DNA from: Candidatus Multivorans sp.
Lineage (GTDB): Bacteria; Acidobacteriota; Thermoanaerobaculia; Multivoradales; Multivoraceae
Reading direction: 5' to 3'
DNA length: 64,000 nucleotides
Assembly: GCA_965224025.1 (NCBI GenBank)
Contig: OZ245033.1
Location: 4,768,001 to 4,832,000, forward strand
Positions 1 through 8,660 of this stretch are shown in pieces. The stretch's first letter is position 1; each line of letters starts with the position of its first letter. The notes below the pieces were generated by a model that had not been told where the DNA came from, searched no databases, and saw nothing but the letters and a program-made list of their open reading frames with translations. The position numbers were made by a program, and so were the translations under genes.

Positions 1-1398
1 CTGATGGGTGTACAGAGCGGGCTGGTTGTACAGATACGCCGGGTAGCGGTCAGGAACGAGCGGCGAGCCGACCAGCATCGTGTCCGGCCCTATGTTGTTG
101 TTCTGCATGTACCCGCGTTCCGGGTTGAGCAGCGACATCAGATCGGACGCCGGATGGATGCCCAGCCATTCCGTGTCGGAGGTCGATCCATCGACCGGCC
201 GGCGCCAGTCGTAGCCCTGGGGACGGATCGGCACCCGGCCGGTGCGCTGGTAGTAGATGTTGCCCCCGGTGTCGGCGATCATTACGTTCTGCGGCATGAT
301 CTGGCGCACATCCAGGGCCTTGGCGGCGCCCAGGTAGTCCTCGGCGACCATGAAGTGGTACTTGGACTCCAGATAGCCGATCTCCTCCTCGTAGGCCAGG
401 GCGGCGGCCCAGGCCTTGTCGCCTTGCCGCGCCACGATCGGGCCGTGGTGGGAGTACCAGAACGTCGCCTCGCGCGGCGACTCCTCGCCGGCGACCCGGA
501 CCTCGACAGTGCGGCTCTTCATCCGCCGCCACTCGCCGTCGTACAGGTAGCGGCTCGGATCCTCCGGATCGAGGGTCAGTTCGTAGGCGTCGGCCGTGTC
601 CGGCCCGCCGGTCGTATGGGCCCAGGCGACATGCTCGTTGTGGCCCAGGTTGACGTAGGGGAAGCCCGCGGTTGCGAAGCCGCTGATGTGGATGTCGCCG
701 GCATGGAGGCGCACCTCCCAGTAGCGGTGGCGGCCAAGCCAGGACAGGTGCGGGTCGATGATCAGCGCCGCGGCGCCGAAGGTGGTCTGGTCCGGCGCCA
801 GCGCGATCTGGTTCGAGGCCCGCAGGTCGACGTCGAAGCTCGGTTCGATGCCGACCGCCCGCAGATCGGAGCGCGCCTGCCCCGCCGGCCAGCTCCAGAT
901 GAATTGCCGGCTGAAGGCGACCGGCATGTAGACGTCGACCTTCCGGCTGCCCCACCACTCCGGCACTTCACCGGGATGCGCTTCCAGGTAGGCGTTGATG
1001 CCATCGATGAACGCGGCCAGGTGTCGCCGGAGCTCCGGGTTGAGCTTCGCCTCGTAGTGGCGTTTCGCCGTGCCGTAGTGATCCCACATACGGGAATCGA
1101 GGTCGGACCGTACCCAGCGGTCGTTGTCGCCGGGCCCGAAGGCGGCGGCGTACTCGCCGAGCCCGAAGAGGTAGTTCTCGAGCAGTTGCGACAACCGATC
1201 CTCGGCCATCGCCCAGCCGGAAGCGTAGAGCCCGGCCTCGGCGGACTCGGCATAGATGTGGGGGACACCCCAGGTGTCCCGGTAGACCGTCGCCTCCTCG
1301 CCGTCTCCGCCGGGCGGCGCACAGGCCGCGACCAGCGCCAGCAGCGGTACCGCGAGGAGCGCACGGCAAGCCACCCGCGGCCCCGATTCGTCCGCCAT
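1..1398 (-). CDS. Penicillin acylase family (Ntn-hydrolase) lipoprotein, 3' end runs off the window
   Basis: Not in the ORF track because there is no stop in the window. Manual translation from ATG at 1398 (GAGGAGGAG RBS): MADESGPR..LVAAC..YRDTWGVPHIYA..AMAEDRL. The beta-subunit nucleophile motif ASNQIAL lies near 810-820. Confidence 0.85.
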   Translation of the reverse strand, partial: MADESGPRVACRALLAVPLLALVAACAPPGGDGEEATVYRDTWGVPHIYAESAEAGLYASGWAMAEDRLSQLLENYLFGLGEYAAAFGPGDNDRWVRSDLDSRMWDHYGTAKRHYEAKLNPELRRHLAAFIDGINAYLEAHPGEVPEWWGSRKVDVYMPVAFSRQFIWSWPAGQARSDLRAVGIEPSFDVDLRASNQIALAPDQTTFGAAALIIDPHLSWLGRHRYWEVRLHAGDIHISGFATAGFPYVNLGHNEHVAWAHTTGGPDTADAYELTLDPEDPSRYLYDGEWRRMKSRTVEVRVAGEESPREATFWYSHHGPIVARQGDKAWAAALAYEEEIGYLESKYHFMVAEDYLGAAKALDVRQIMPQNVMIADTGGNIYYQRTGRVPIRPQGYDWRRPVDGSTSDTEWLGIHPASDLMSLLNPERGYMQNNNIGPDTMLVGSPLVPDRYPAYLYNQPALYTHQ

Positions 1399-1412
1399 GC
1401 CGATCCTCCTCC

Positions 1413-1970
1413 TCAACCCGCCGGTTTCTTCGCCGACTTCGGCCGAAACGCCTTGATCCGCGCCTCGTTCGTCGTTAGGTACGGCCCGCCGATCAGGTCC
1501 ACGCAATACGGAATCGCAGGAAACACCGCGTCGAGACACTCCCCGATCGCCTTCGGCTGGCCCGGCAGGTTGACGATCAGCGACGAGCCGCGGACCGCCG
1601 CCGTCTGCCGCGAGAGGATCGCGGTCGGGACGGCGAGAAGCGACACCTGCCGCATCAACTCGCCGAACCCCGGCATCGGCTTCTCGCACACGGCCAGGGT
1701 CGCCTCCGGCGTCACGTCGCGCGCCGCCGGCCCGGTGCCGCCGGTGGTCACGACGAGACAGCAGCCTTCGTCGTCGCAGAGTTCGCGCAGCGCCGCAGCG
1801 ATCTGTTCGACCTCGTCCTCGACGACGCGGGCACACGGCTCCCAAGGCGAAGTCAGGACCTCCGCCAGGTAGTCGCGGATCGCCGGCCCGCCATGGTCCT
1901 CGTACACGCCGCGCGAGGCCCGGTCCGAGACGGTGACGATGCCGACGTGAGCCGTCGCGGGTTCCGGCAC
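1413..1970 (-). CDS. mogA: Molybdopterin adenylyltransferase
   Basis: Motifs VSDRASRGVYED.GGP, TTGGTGPAARDVTPEAT, GFGELMR, LSRQ, NLPGQPK. Start uncertain (GTG 1970, ORF extends to 2000). Confidence 0.92.
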   Translation of the reverse strand: MPEPATAHVGIVTVSDRASRGVYEDHGGPAIRDYLAEVLTSPWEPCARVVEDEVEQIAAALRELCDDEGCCLVVTTGGTGPAARDVTPEATLAVCEKPMPGFGELMRQVSLLAVPTAILSRQTAAVRGSSLIVNLPGQPKAIGECLDAVFPAIPYCVDLIGGPYLTTNEARIKAFRPKSAKKPAG

Positions 1971-2019
1971 AGCGTTACCGGTCAAGCACGCCAAGGTCAC
2001 TCAGAACGAGGCCAACCGG

Positions 2020-2514
2020 TCACGAAAGACCGAAGAGGCGAACGAAAACGGCGACCATGGCCGCCACGTTCATCCTCATGGTCCACTTCATCACGCCAAG
2101 CTGCGACCGGATCGCCGCCACTTCACCCTCTAGACCGGCGAACCGCTCCTGCGCCTCGGTGCGGAACGACGCAATCTCTCCCCGGAGATTGGTCCTCGCC
2201 GATCCCACCTCCAGGCCGATACTGGCTCCCAGCCTCGTCTCCACCGACTCGATCTTGCCGCTCAGATCCGTTCGGACCGACTCGATTTCGCCTCTCAACT
2301 CCGACCTGACTGTAGCGACTTCACCTCTCAGTTCCGTTCGGAACTCAGCGAACTCACCCGTGGGGTCCGACCGCAGCAGCGCCAGATCGTCCTTCGTGGC
2401 CAGGCGTTCATCGGCGCGGTTGATCGCCTCGACGATGGCCTCGGCGTGCGCCGGCTCAATGCCGGCCTGCCTGAAGGTCCGATGGGTGGCGAGTGTGTCT
2501 ATCCTGCTGGCCAT
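2020..2514 (-). CDS. DUF1640/CCDC90-like coiled-coil membrane-anchored protein
   Basis: IDTLA..L..AG....AEAIVEAI head, ATKDDL neck, 11-aa coiled-coil repeats (GEFAEFRTELR/GEVATVRSELR/GEIESVRTDLS), C-terminal KW plus hydrophobic anchor. Confidence 0.75.
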   Translation of the reverse strand: MASRIDTLATHRTFRQAGIEPAHAEAIVEAINRADERLATKDDLALLRSDPTGEFAEFRTELRGEVATVRSELRGEIESVRTDLSGKIESVETRLGASIGLEVGSARTNLRGEIASFRTEAQERFAGLEGEVAAIRSQLGVMKWTMRMNVAAMVAVFVRLFGLS

Positions 2515-2638
2515 TGATCTGCCCTTGGGTGCTTTCGACAAGGGGTGCCCGAGGGGTCCGGGAGCAAGGGCTCCGAGAGTACCACCAGCCCGCCGGAAGA
2601 CGCCGGGTTCAGGACAGTCGTTGATACCCTCTCCGGCC

Positions 2639-3247
2639 GTGCCGGACCCGAAGAAACACCCGCGATTGCACGAACTGAAGGCCCTGCTCCAGGAGCGGAG
2701 CATCGCCAAGGGGGACTTCGTTCTCACCTCCGGTGCGCGCTCGCACTACTACTGCGACACCAAGGCGACGGTGCTGTCTCCCCGCGGATCGCGGCTGATC
2801 GGCGAGGCGCTCTGCGAGCAGCTCCGGCCCTTCGGCGTCGATGCCGTCGGCGGGCCCGAGGTCGGCGGTGCCTACTTGGCGACGGCCGCATCCGTTGCTA
2901 GCGACCTGGAAGGGCCGCCTCTGTTCGGGTTCCTGGTGCGCAACAAGGCGAAAGGCCACGGCACGAGCGCCCGGATCGACGCCTCCTACCACCCGGACGG
3001 CCGAAAGCTGATCGCTGAAGGGCGCCGAATGGCCGTCGTCGACGACGTGGTCACTTCGGCCGGCTCGATCATCCGCGCGATCGAGGCCGTGCAGGCCGAG
3101 GCCTGCGAGGTCGTCGCGGTATCCGCGGTGGTCGATCGCCAGCAAGGCGGCGGCGACCTGCTGCGCAGCCGGGGCTTCAACTTCAGGCCGCTGTTCCTCG
3201 CCGACACCGAGGGCAACCTGTCTGTCTACTCCGGAGACGGGAAGTGA
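2639..3247 (+). CDS. pyrE: Orotate phosphoribosyltransferase
   Basis: GDFVLTSGARSHYYCD, VGGPEVGG, VRNKAKGHGT and PRPP motif VVDDVVTSAGS. Start approximate (TTG 2621 or GTG 2639). Confidence 0.9.
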   Translation: MPDPKKHPRLHELKALLQERSIAKGDFVLTSGARSHYYCDTKATVLSPRGSRLIGEALCEQLRPFGVDAVGGPEVGGAYLATAASVASDLEGPPLFGFLVRNKAKGHGTSARIDASYHPDGRKLIAEGRRMAVVDDVVTSAGSIIRAIEAVQAEACEVVAVSAVVDRQQGGGDLLRSRGFNFRPLFLADTEGNLSVYSGDGK

Positions 3248-5460
3248 AACCGAGTCGCACGACCCGCCACGATTCGTCCGTCACCGCAGCCACGCTCGCG
3301 ATCGGGCTGGCTGCCCTGACCGTAACCGGAATCGCCACGGATCCCGCCCCGGCCCACGTCCGCATCACGACGGACATCAACTTCGCCGACGACGTGCGCC
3401 CGATCCTGCGCCGTTACTGCATGCCCTGCCACAACCCGAAGGGGTCGGCGCCGAACTACATCGACCTGACCACCTACGGCAACGACGCGAGGCCGGGCGC
3501 CCGCGCCTGGGCGGTGGCGATCGAAGAGGAACTGCTCACCGGCCGCATGCCGCCGTGGACCGCCGACGCCCGCTACGACCACTTCCGCAACTCGCGTCGC
3601 ATGAGCCAGCGCGAGATCGACATCCTGGTCGCCTGGGTTCAGGGCGGCGGTCCCCAGGGACCGCGTCGCAACCTGCCTCCGCCGCCGGAGTTCACGGAGG
3701 AGGAATGGGTGCTCGGCGTCCCCGACCTGGTGCTGGAACCTGCCGACGAGACGATCGTCGAACCGGGTCAGCAGACCGCCTCCGGCCGCGAGGTCCTCGC
3801 CGTCGAGTTCGAGCAGGACGCCTGGATCACCGGCTACGAGTTCCGGCCGCGGCACCCGGGCGTCGTCTACCGCATGGCGGCCTGGGTACACGATCCCGAG
3901 GACGCCCCGCCCGAGCAGCTCGAGGTCGAGGTCCAGGTCCCGTACGACCCGTTCCGCGACGAGGATGAACCCGAGCCGACCCGGACGCGGACCGCCACGG
4001 CCGGTCCCCAGTTCCTCGGCCAGTGGTTGCGCGGCGACGATCCCGTTCTGCTGCCGGACGGCGCCGGCAAACGGCTGCGCCGCGGCTCGACGATCGAACT
4101 CCTGGTCGAGTACCGCCGGCGGCCGAACGACGATTCGCGAACCCTCATCCGCGACCGTTCTAGCCTGGGCCTGTTCCTGGCCCAGACCGAGGACGAGGTC
4201 GAGCTGTGGGTCGAGAGCGCGCGGGCCGGCGGCAAGGTCGCGCTCAAGGGCCGCCGCGCCGCCCGGCCGCAGACCGCGAGCCTGACCCTCTCCGAGCGAG
4301 CCCGCCTGATCGGACTGCACCCCGACGTCGGCGACCGGCTCGCCAGCATGGAGGTCCGCGTCCACTTCCCGGACCAGCGCGTGCAAACGGTGCTCTACGT
4401 CCCCGAATACAACCCCGAGTTCCCGGCCTCCTACCTGTTCGAGGAACCCATTCACGCACCGCCGGGCACCCGCGTCGAGCTGGTCGGATCCTTCGACGTC
4501 GGGAAGGCGAAGGAAGCCGTGGTTCAGCCGTTCGCCCTCCACGTCGACTACGAGCTCGACGATCACCTCGTGTTGCCGGAGATCTTCGAGCCCCGCGAGC
4601 AGCCGCAGACCCGCGGCGGCATGCTGACCGGGGCGTTCGGCGGTCCCGCTACCGGCGGCGCACCCGGCAGCGCGCCGGCGGCTGGCGGGCTCGATCCCGC
4701 CGATCCGAACGCCGCCGCGCACATGGACCACAACCCGCTCCACGGCGGCCAGTTCTTCATGGCGGCGAACAACTACCACCACCTGGAGGGCGCCCTGCCC
4801 CGGCCCGGCGAGTTCCGCCTCTACGTCTACGACGACTTCAAGCAACCGGTCGATCCACGGAACTTCGGTGGCGACATCGTGTTCGAGGCGTGGAACGAAG
4901 AGACGGAGGGTTGGGACGAGACCCGCTACGCGATGGCGCCCGTCGTCGGCAGCGACTACCTCCTCTCCGAGATCCCCGAAGAACTCCCCGGCGAGTTCTT
5001 CGCCCACGTCTGGCTGGCCGGCGAGCAGCAGCGCTACGACTTCTACTTCGAAGAGACGACGGTCGAGCCCGTTGGCGGCGGCTCGCGGAGCACGGCGATC
5101 CGGGCCGGCCCGCACAGCCACGAGCGGCCGCCGATGACGATCCCGAACGATCCGGTAGCGATCATGGCGCTGATGGCCAACAAACGGGACCGCGTGCGCG
5201 CCCAGATCGAGAACGGCGAGTGGCTCACCCTCTACGTGCCCGCCTTCGACGCTCGCGACCTCGCCGAAGTGCTGCTCGACCGGCTGGCCGGCCTGAGCGC
5301 CCGGCAGCGCGGCCAGGCGCGCAAGGCCATCGGCCGGGTCATGCAGAGCGCCGCCGAACTCGACCGCAGCGGCGACCTGGCCGACCGGGCGCGGGCGCAG
5401 CGGGCGTTCGAGCGCTTCAACGGCGGCGTCCGCGAGCTGGACGACGTGATCAGTCCATAG
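3244..5460 (+). CDS. Secreted c-type cytochrome with Cu type II monooxygenase-like domain and His-rich C-terminal domain
   Basis: Signal peptide; VRPILRRYCMPCH heme motif; MPPWTAD; W.LG.PDLVL; C-terminal HMDHNPLHGGQFFM..YHHLEG. Start overlaps the pyrE stop (GTGA). Confidence 0.6.
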   Translation: MKPSRTTRHDSSVTAATLAIGLAALTVTGIATDPAPAHVRITTDINFADDVRPILRRYCMPCHNPKGSAPNYIDLTTYGNDARPGARAWAVAIEEELLTGRMPPWTADARYDHFRNSRRMSQREIDILVAWVQGGGPQGPRRNLPPPPEFTEEEWVLGVPDLVLEPADETIVEPGQQTASGREVLAVEFEQDAWITGYEFRPRHPGVVYRMAAWVHDPEDAPPEQLEVEVQVPYDPFRDEDEPEPTRTRTATAGPQFLGQWLRGDDPVLLPDGAGKRLRRGSTIELLVEYRRRPNDDSRTLIRDRSSLGLFLAQTEDEVELWVESARAGGKVALKGRRAARPQTASLTLSERARLIGLHPDVGDRLASMEVRVHFPDQRVQTVLYVPEYNPEFPASYLFEEPIHAPPGTRVELVGSFDVGKAKEAVVQPFALHVDYELDDHLVLPEIFEPREQPQTRGGMLTGAFGGPATGGAPGSAPAAGGLDPADPNAAAHMDHNPLHGGQFFMAANNYHHLEGALPRPGEFRLYVYDDFKQPVDPRNFGGDIVFEAWNEETEGWDETRYAMAPVVGSDYLLSEIPEELPGEFFAHVWLAGEQQRYDFYFEETTVEPVGGGSRSTAIRAGPHSHERPPMTIPNDPVAIMALMANKRDRVRAQIENGEWLTLYVPAFDARDLAEVLLDRLAGLSARQRGQARKAIGRVMQSAAELDRSGDLADRARAQRAFERFNGGVRELDDVISP

Positions 5461-5489
5461 GCCACCCACGGAGGAGGAGGTTCCCGGAC

Positions 5490-7907
5490 TTGCGCTCACT
5501 TCCCACCGTGGTTGGCTCGCGATTCCTCGCTATCTCCCTGGCCGTTCTGGCCGGCTGTGCGCCTGGAGACGAACCCCGCGATGCACCGGGGCCCGTCCCG
5601 GAGGTCGAACCGGAGCGGCTACCGACCTGGGAAGACCTCGCAGGCGACATCGAAACGAGCCGCCTGAACGTCGTTCTGGTCACGATCGACACCTTGCGCG
5701 CGGACCGACTCTCCAGCTACGGCTCGGAGCAGGTTGCCACCCCCCACATGGATCGCCTCGCCCGGGAAGGGGTGCGTTTCTCGAACGCCGCCACCGCGGT
5801 GCCGTTCACCCTGCCGGCCCACACCTCGATCATGACCGGCACCTACCCGCCGTTCCACGGCGTGCGGGAAAACGTGGGCTACTCCCTCGACGAGACGCTT
5901 CCCACACTCGCCGAAGAGCTGTCCGCGGCCGGATGGGCAACGGCGGGTTTCGTCAGCGCCTTCGTCCTCGACTCGCGCTGGGGCATCGGCCGCGGTTTCG
6001 ATCGCTATCGCGACGACTTCCAGCTCGACCCGAACAAGCCGTCCATCAACGTCGGACAGGTGCAGCACGACGGGCGCGACACGATCGAGGAGGCGTTCGC
6101 CTGGCTCGACGAGCCCCGAGACGCTCCCTTCTTCCTCTGGGTCCATCTGTTCGAGCCCCACGACCCCTACACGCCGCCCGAGCCCTACCGGTCCCAGTAT
6201 CCCGAGCGGCCTTACGACGCGGAGGTGGCCTACACCGACTCTCTCGTCGGCCTGCTGCGCGAAGGCCTCGAGAATCGAGGCGCGCTCGACGAGTCGGTGT
6301 TCCTCCTCACGTCCGACCACGGCGAGGGACTCGGCCAGCACGGCGAGGGCTTCCACGGCTACTTCATCTACGACTCGACCGTCCGCGTTCCCCTCATTCT
6401 GCGCCTGCCCTTCGGAAACTTCGAAGAAGGCGTCGTCGACGAAGCGGTCAGCCACGTCGACATCCTGCCGACCGTCCTCTCGATCGTCGGCCGGGAGGTG
6501 CCGGCAGAGGCGCAGGGCATGGATCTGCTGCCCCTGATCCTGGGCCGGGAAGCGGCATCGCCGCGGGAGGTGTACACGGAGTCGTACTACTCCCTCTACC
6601 ACTACAACTGGGCGCCCCTGCGCTCGATCCGCACCGAGTCCGAGAAGTTCATCGAAACGACGAACCAGGAGCTCTATCTGCTGCGAGAGGACGCGGATGA
6701 AGCGAGCAACGTGCTGCTACAGAACCGGGATCTGGGGCGGTCTCTGCGCGACCGCCTGCTCGCCTACTCCCGCGGACTGAAGTCATCGGGCGACCGGTCC
6801 GGCGGCCGGCCCGACCTCGATACCGAGACGCTGGCGCAACTGCGGGCCCTCGGCTATCTGGCGGGCCGCGCCAGCGGTGGGGTCGACGAGGACGACGGAG
6901 TCGAGCGAACGGATCCGAAAGAGAGGATCGCGGTCCACCGGGCGATCATGGAGGCGCAGAGCTTCATCGGGCGCGGCGACGAAGAAGGAGCCGAAGAGTA
7001 CCTGCGTGCCGCCCTGGCTCTGGACGACAACATCGTCGACGCGAATCAGATGCTGGGCGGCATCGTCGGACGCCGGGCAGACGAGGCTGCGCGGCGCGGA
7101 GACGTGGCAGCTTCAGCGGAACTCAACCGCCAGACGCTCGAGCTCTACCAGCGGGCACTGGCGCTGAACCCGGAACACCAAGCGTCACTGCTCGGACTCG
7201 CCACCGGCTACTGGCGGCTCGGCCGGCTCGAGGAAGCGCTGGTGGGCTTCCATCGGCTGGTGGAACTCGCCCCGTACGAGTCGAACGCGGCGATCGCGAT
7301 GAGCGACATCTACGCTGATCTGGACCGCCTCCCCGACGCCCTCCGCGTTGTCGAAGCGGCCGCCGCCGAAGAGGTGGCGCCGGCGTGGATCCACAATCAG
7401 CACGGCGAGCTCCTGGCCCTGCTGGGCCGGAGCCGGGAGTCGTCCGTCCACTTCGAGAGAGCGATCGCCAAGAACCCGGAGATCGGTCAGCCCTACTTCA
7501 ACCTCGCGCTGACTCATGAGGAGGCCGGCCGACCGGAAGACGCCGCGGCGGCCTACGAACAGACGATCAGGCACGCGCCCTATCACTTCCGCGCCCAGTT
7601 CAACCTGGGACACGTGTACGGCCGGCTCGGGCGGCCCGAGGATCACCTGGAGATGTGGCGCGCGGCGATCCGCTCAAACCCGGAATTCGTTCTCGGCTAC
7701 TACCACCTGGCCAAGCTCCACATGGATCGCGGCGATGACCTGGACCGCGCCGAGCTGCTGGTCCGCGAGGGGTTGCGCCGCGATCCGGACGGCGCCTTCG
7801 GGCCGTTCGGCTACTTTGTCCTAGCCGACATCCTCAACCGGAAGGGACGCCTGCCCGAGGCGAGGGAAGCGGTAGAGAGCGGTCGCCGCCTGCAAGCCCG
7901 AGGCTAA
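5490..7907 (+). CDS. Sulfatase-like (alkaline phosphatase superfamily) lipoprotein with C-terminal TPR repeats
   Basis: GGAGGAGG RBS before TTG 5490; lipobox VLAGC; NVVLVTIDTLRAD, TLPAHTSIMTG, HLFEPHDPY, SDHGEGLGQHGE, QLRALGY, then multiple TPRs. Confidence 0.88.
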   Translation: MRSLPTVVGSRFLAISLAVLAGCAPGDEPRDAPGPVPEVEPERLPTWEDLAGDIETSRLNVVLVTIDTLRADRLSSYGSEQVATPHMDRLAREGVRFSNAATAVPFTLPAHTSIMTGTYPPFHGVRENVGYSLDETLPTLAEELSAAGWATAGFVSAFVLDSRWGIGRGFDRYRDDFQLDPNKPSINVGQVQHDGRDTIEEAFAWLDEPRDAPFFLWVHLFEPHDPYTPPEPYRSQYPERPYDAEVAYTDSLVGLLREGLENRGALDESVFLLTSDHGEGLGQHGEGFHGYFIYDSTVRVPLILRLPFGNFEEGVVDEAVSHVDILPTVLSIVGREVPAEAQGMDLLPLILGREAASPREVYTESYYSLYHYNWAPLRSIRTESEKFIETTNQELYLLREDADEASNVLLQNRDLGRSLRDRLLAYSRGLKSSGDRSGGRPDLDTETLAQLRALGYLAGRASGGVDEDDGVERTDPKERIAVHRAIMEAQSFIGRGDEEGAEEYLRAALALDDNIVDANQMLGGIVGRRADEAARRGDVAASAELNRQTLELYQRALALNPEHQASLLGLATGYWRLGRLEEALVGFHRLVELAPYESNAAIAMSDIYADLDRLPDALRVVEAAAAEEVAPAWIHNQHGELLALLGRSRESSVHFERAIAKNPEIGQPYFNLALTHEEAGRPEDAAAAYEQTIRHAPYHFRAQFNLGHVYGRLGRPEDHLEMWRAAIRSNPEFVLGYYHLAKLHMDRGDDLDRAELLVREGLRRDPDGAFGPFGYFVLADILNRKGRLPEAREAVESGRRLQARG

Positions 7908-7911
7908 GGAG

Positions 7912-8454
7912 CTAGGCCGGCAGCTCGCCCACCAGCTCGAACCAGACCTGCACCTTGCCGTCGTGGACGAGGTACATGGCCGTGATGTTCGAGGTCGTCG
8001 GACCGTTCTCGGTCGTGAAGCTCTCCTCCCGCTCGTGGATCACGAGGTGCCCGAGCACCCGCTCCCGGGTGATCATCAGGTCGGGATCGGTCAGGCCGCC
8101 CATCAACTGCTTCATGTTCTCGAGGATCACCTCGCCGCCTTCGGTCATCGACCGCGCCCACGGCCCTTCGGCCGCGTGGGTGATGAACCGGGCGTCGTCG
8201 GCCACGACGCTGGCGAACGACTCCCAGTCGCTCGTCTCGAGCGCCTTGACGAAGTCGCGGGCCGTCTGCCGGTGCGCGACTTCCGCCTCCGTCAGACCCG
8301 CGTCGTCACCTGCCGAAGCGGACTGATCCGCCGCCTCTGCCACCCCGGCTTCCTCCGCCGCCGGGGCACAAGCCGCGGCGACGATTCCGAGCGGGGCCGC
8401 AGCCAACAGAGCGCGGCGGTCGAAGGGCAGTGGCGTCTCGGGCTTGGTCGTCAT
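7912..8454 (-). CDS. NTF2/SnoaL-like (limonene-1,2-epoxide hydrolase-like) Tat lipoprotein
   Basis: DRRALL...VAAAC signal; NTF2 pattern ARDFVKAL..D...VADDARF, LVIHERE, MYLVHDGKVQVW. Confidence 0.65.
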   Translation of the reverse strand: MTTKPETPLPFDRRALLAAAPLGIVAAACAPAAEEAGVAEAADQSASAGDDAGLTEAEVAHRQTARDFVKALETSDWESFASVVADDARFITHAAEGPWARSMTEGGEVILENMKQLMGGLTDPDLMITRERVLGHLVIHEREESFTTENGPTTSNITAMYLVHDGKVQVWFELVGELPA

Positions 8455-8556
8455 GTCAACAGAGCTCCCTTCTCGGTCATTAAGACTAGCGCCGCCAAAC
8501 CTGTCGCAGGCTCCATGTTTGGCCCCAGCCCCCACCTCACCAGGACCTTGCCCCGC

Positions 8557-8627
8557 GGAACCCGGGTGGCGCGCTCGCGCGCCACCCGCGAACCAGTCCG
8601 TGCGCACGTCTGCGGGCGCTCGGATGG
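8557..8627. repeat. Dispersed ~70-nt two-hairpin element, copy 1
   Basis: GGAACCCGGGTGGCGCG..CGCGCCACCCGCGAACCAGTCCG..CGGATGG matches 40621-40689 and the reverse complement of 23123-23195. Confidence 0.8.
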
Positions 8628-8660
8628 AACTCGCTCCGCAGCGTTCTGCGGCGCAAGCTC

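Noticed and set aside
4-1872. Long + strand ORF and similar antisense or shadow ORFs (3226-5499, 16239-18149, 28040-29842, 30721-33108, 35912-37774)
   Set aside because: High-GC shadow frames opposite genes with clear motifs; no family signatures of their own.
3244-5460. Heme/Cu protein as the missing TTQ maturase
   Set aside because: It lies more than 6 kb from the cluster in a separate unit, has a single CxxCH and shows no MauG similarity.
4206-5489. N-terminal extension making a 1233-aa sulfatase (likewise the 820-aa mauB ORF from 10935)
   Set aside because: The extensions overlap real genes in other frames; RBS and signal peptides mark the true starts at 5490 and 12216.
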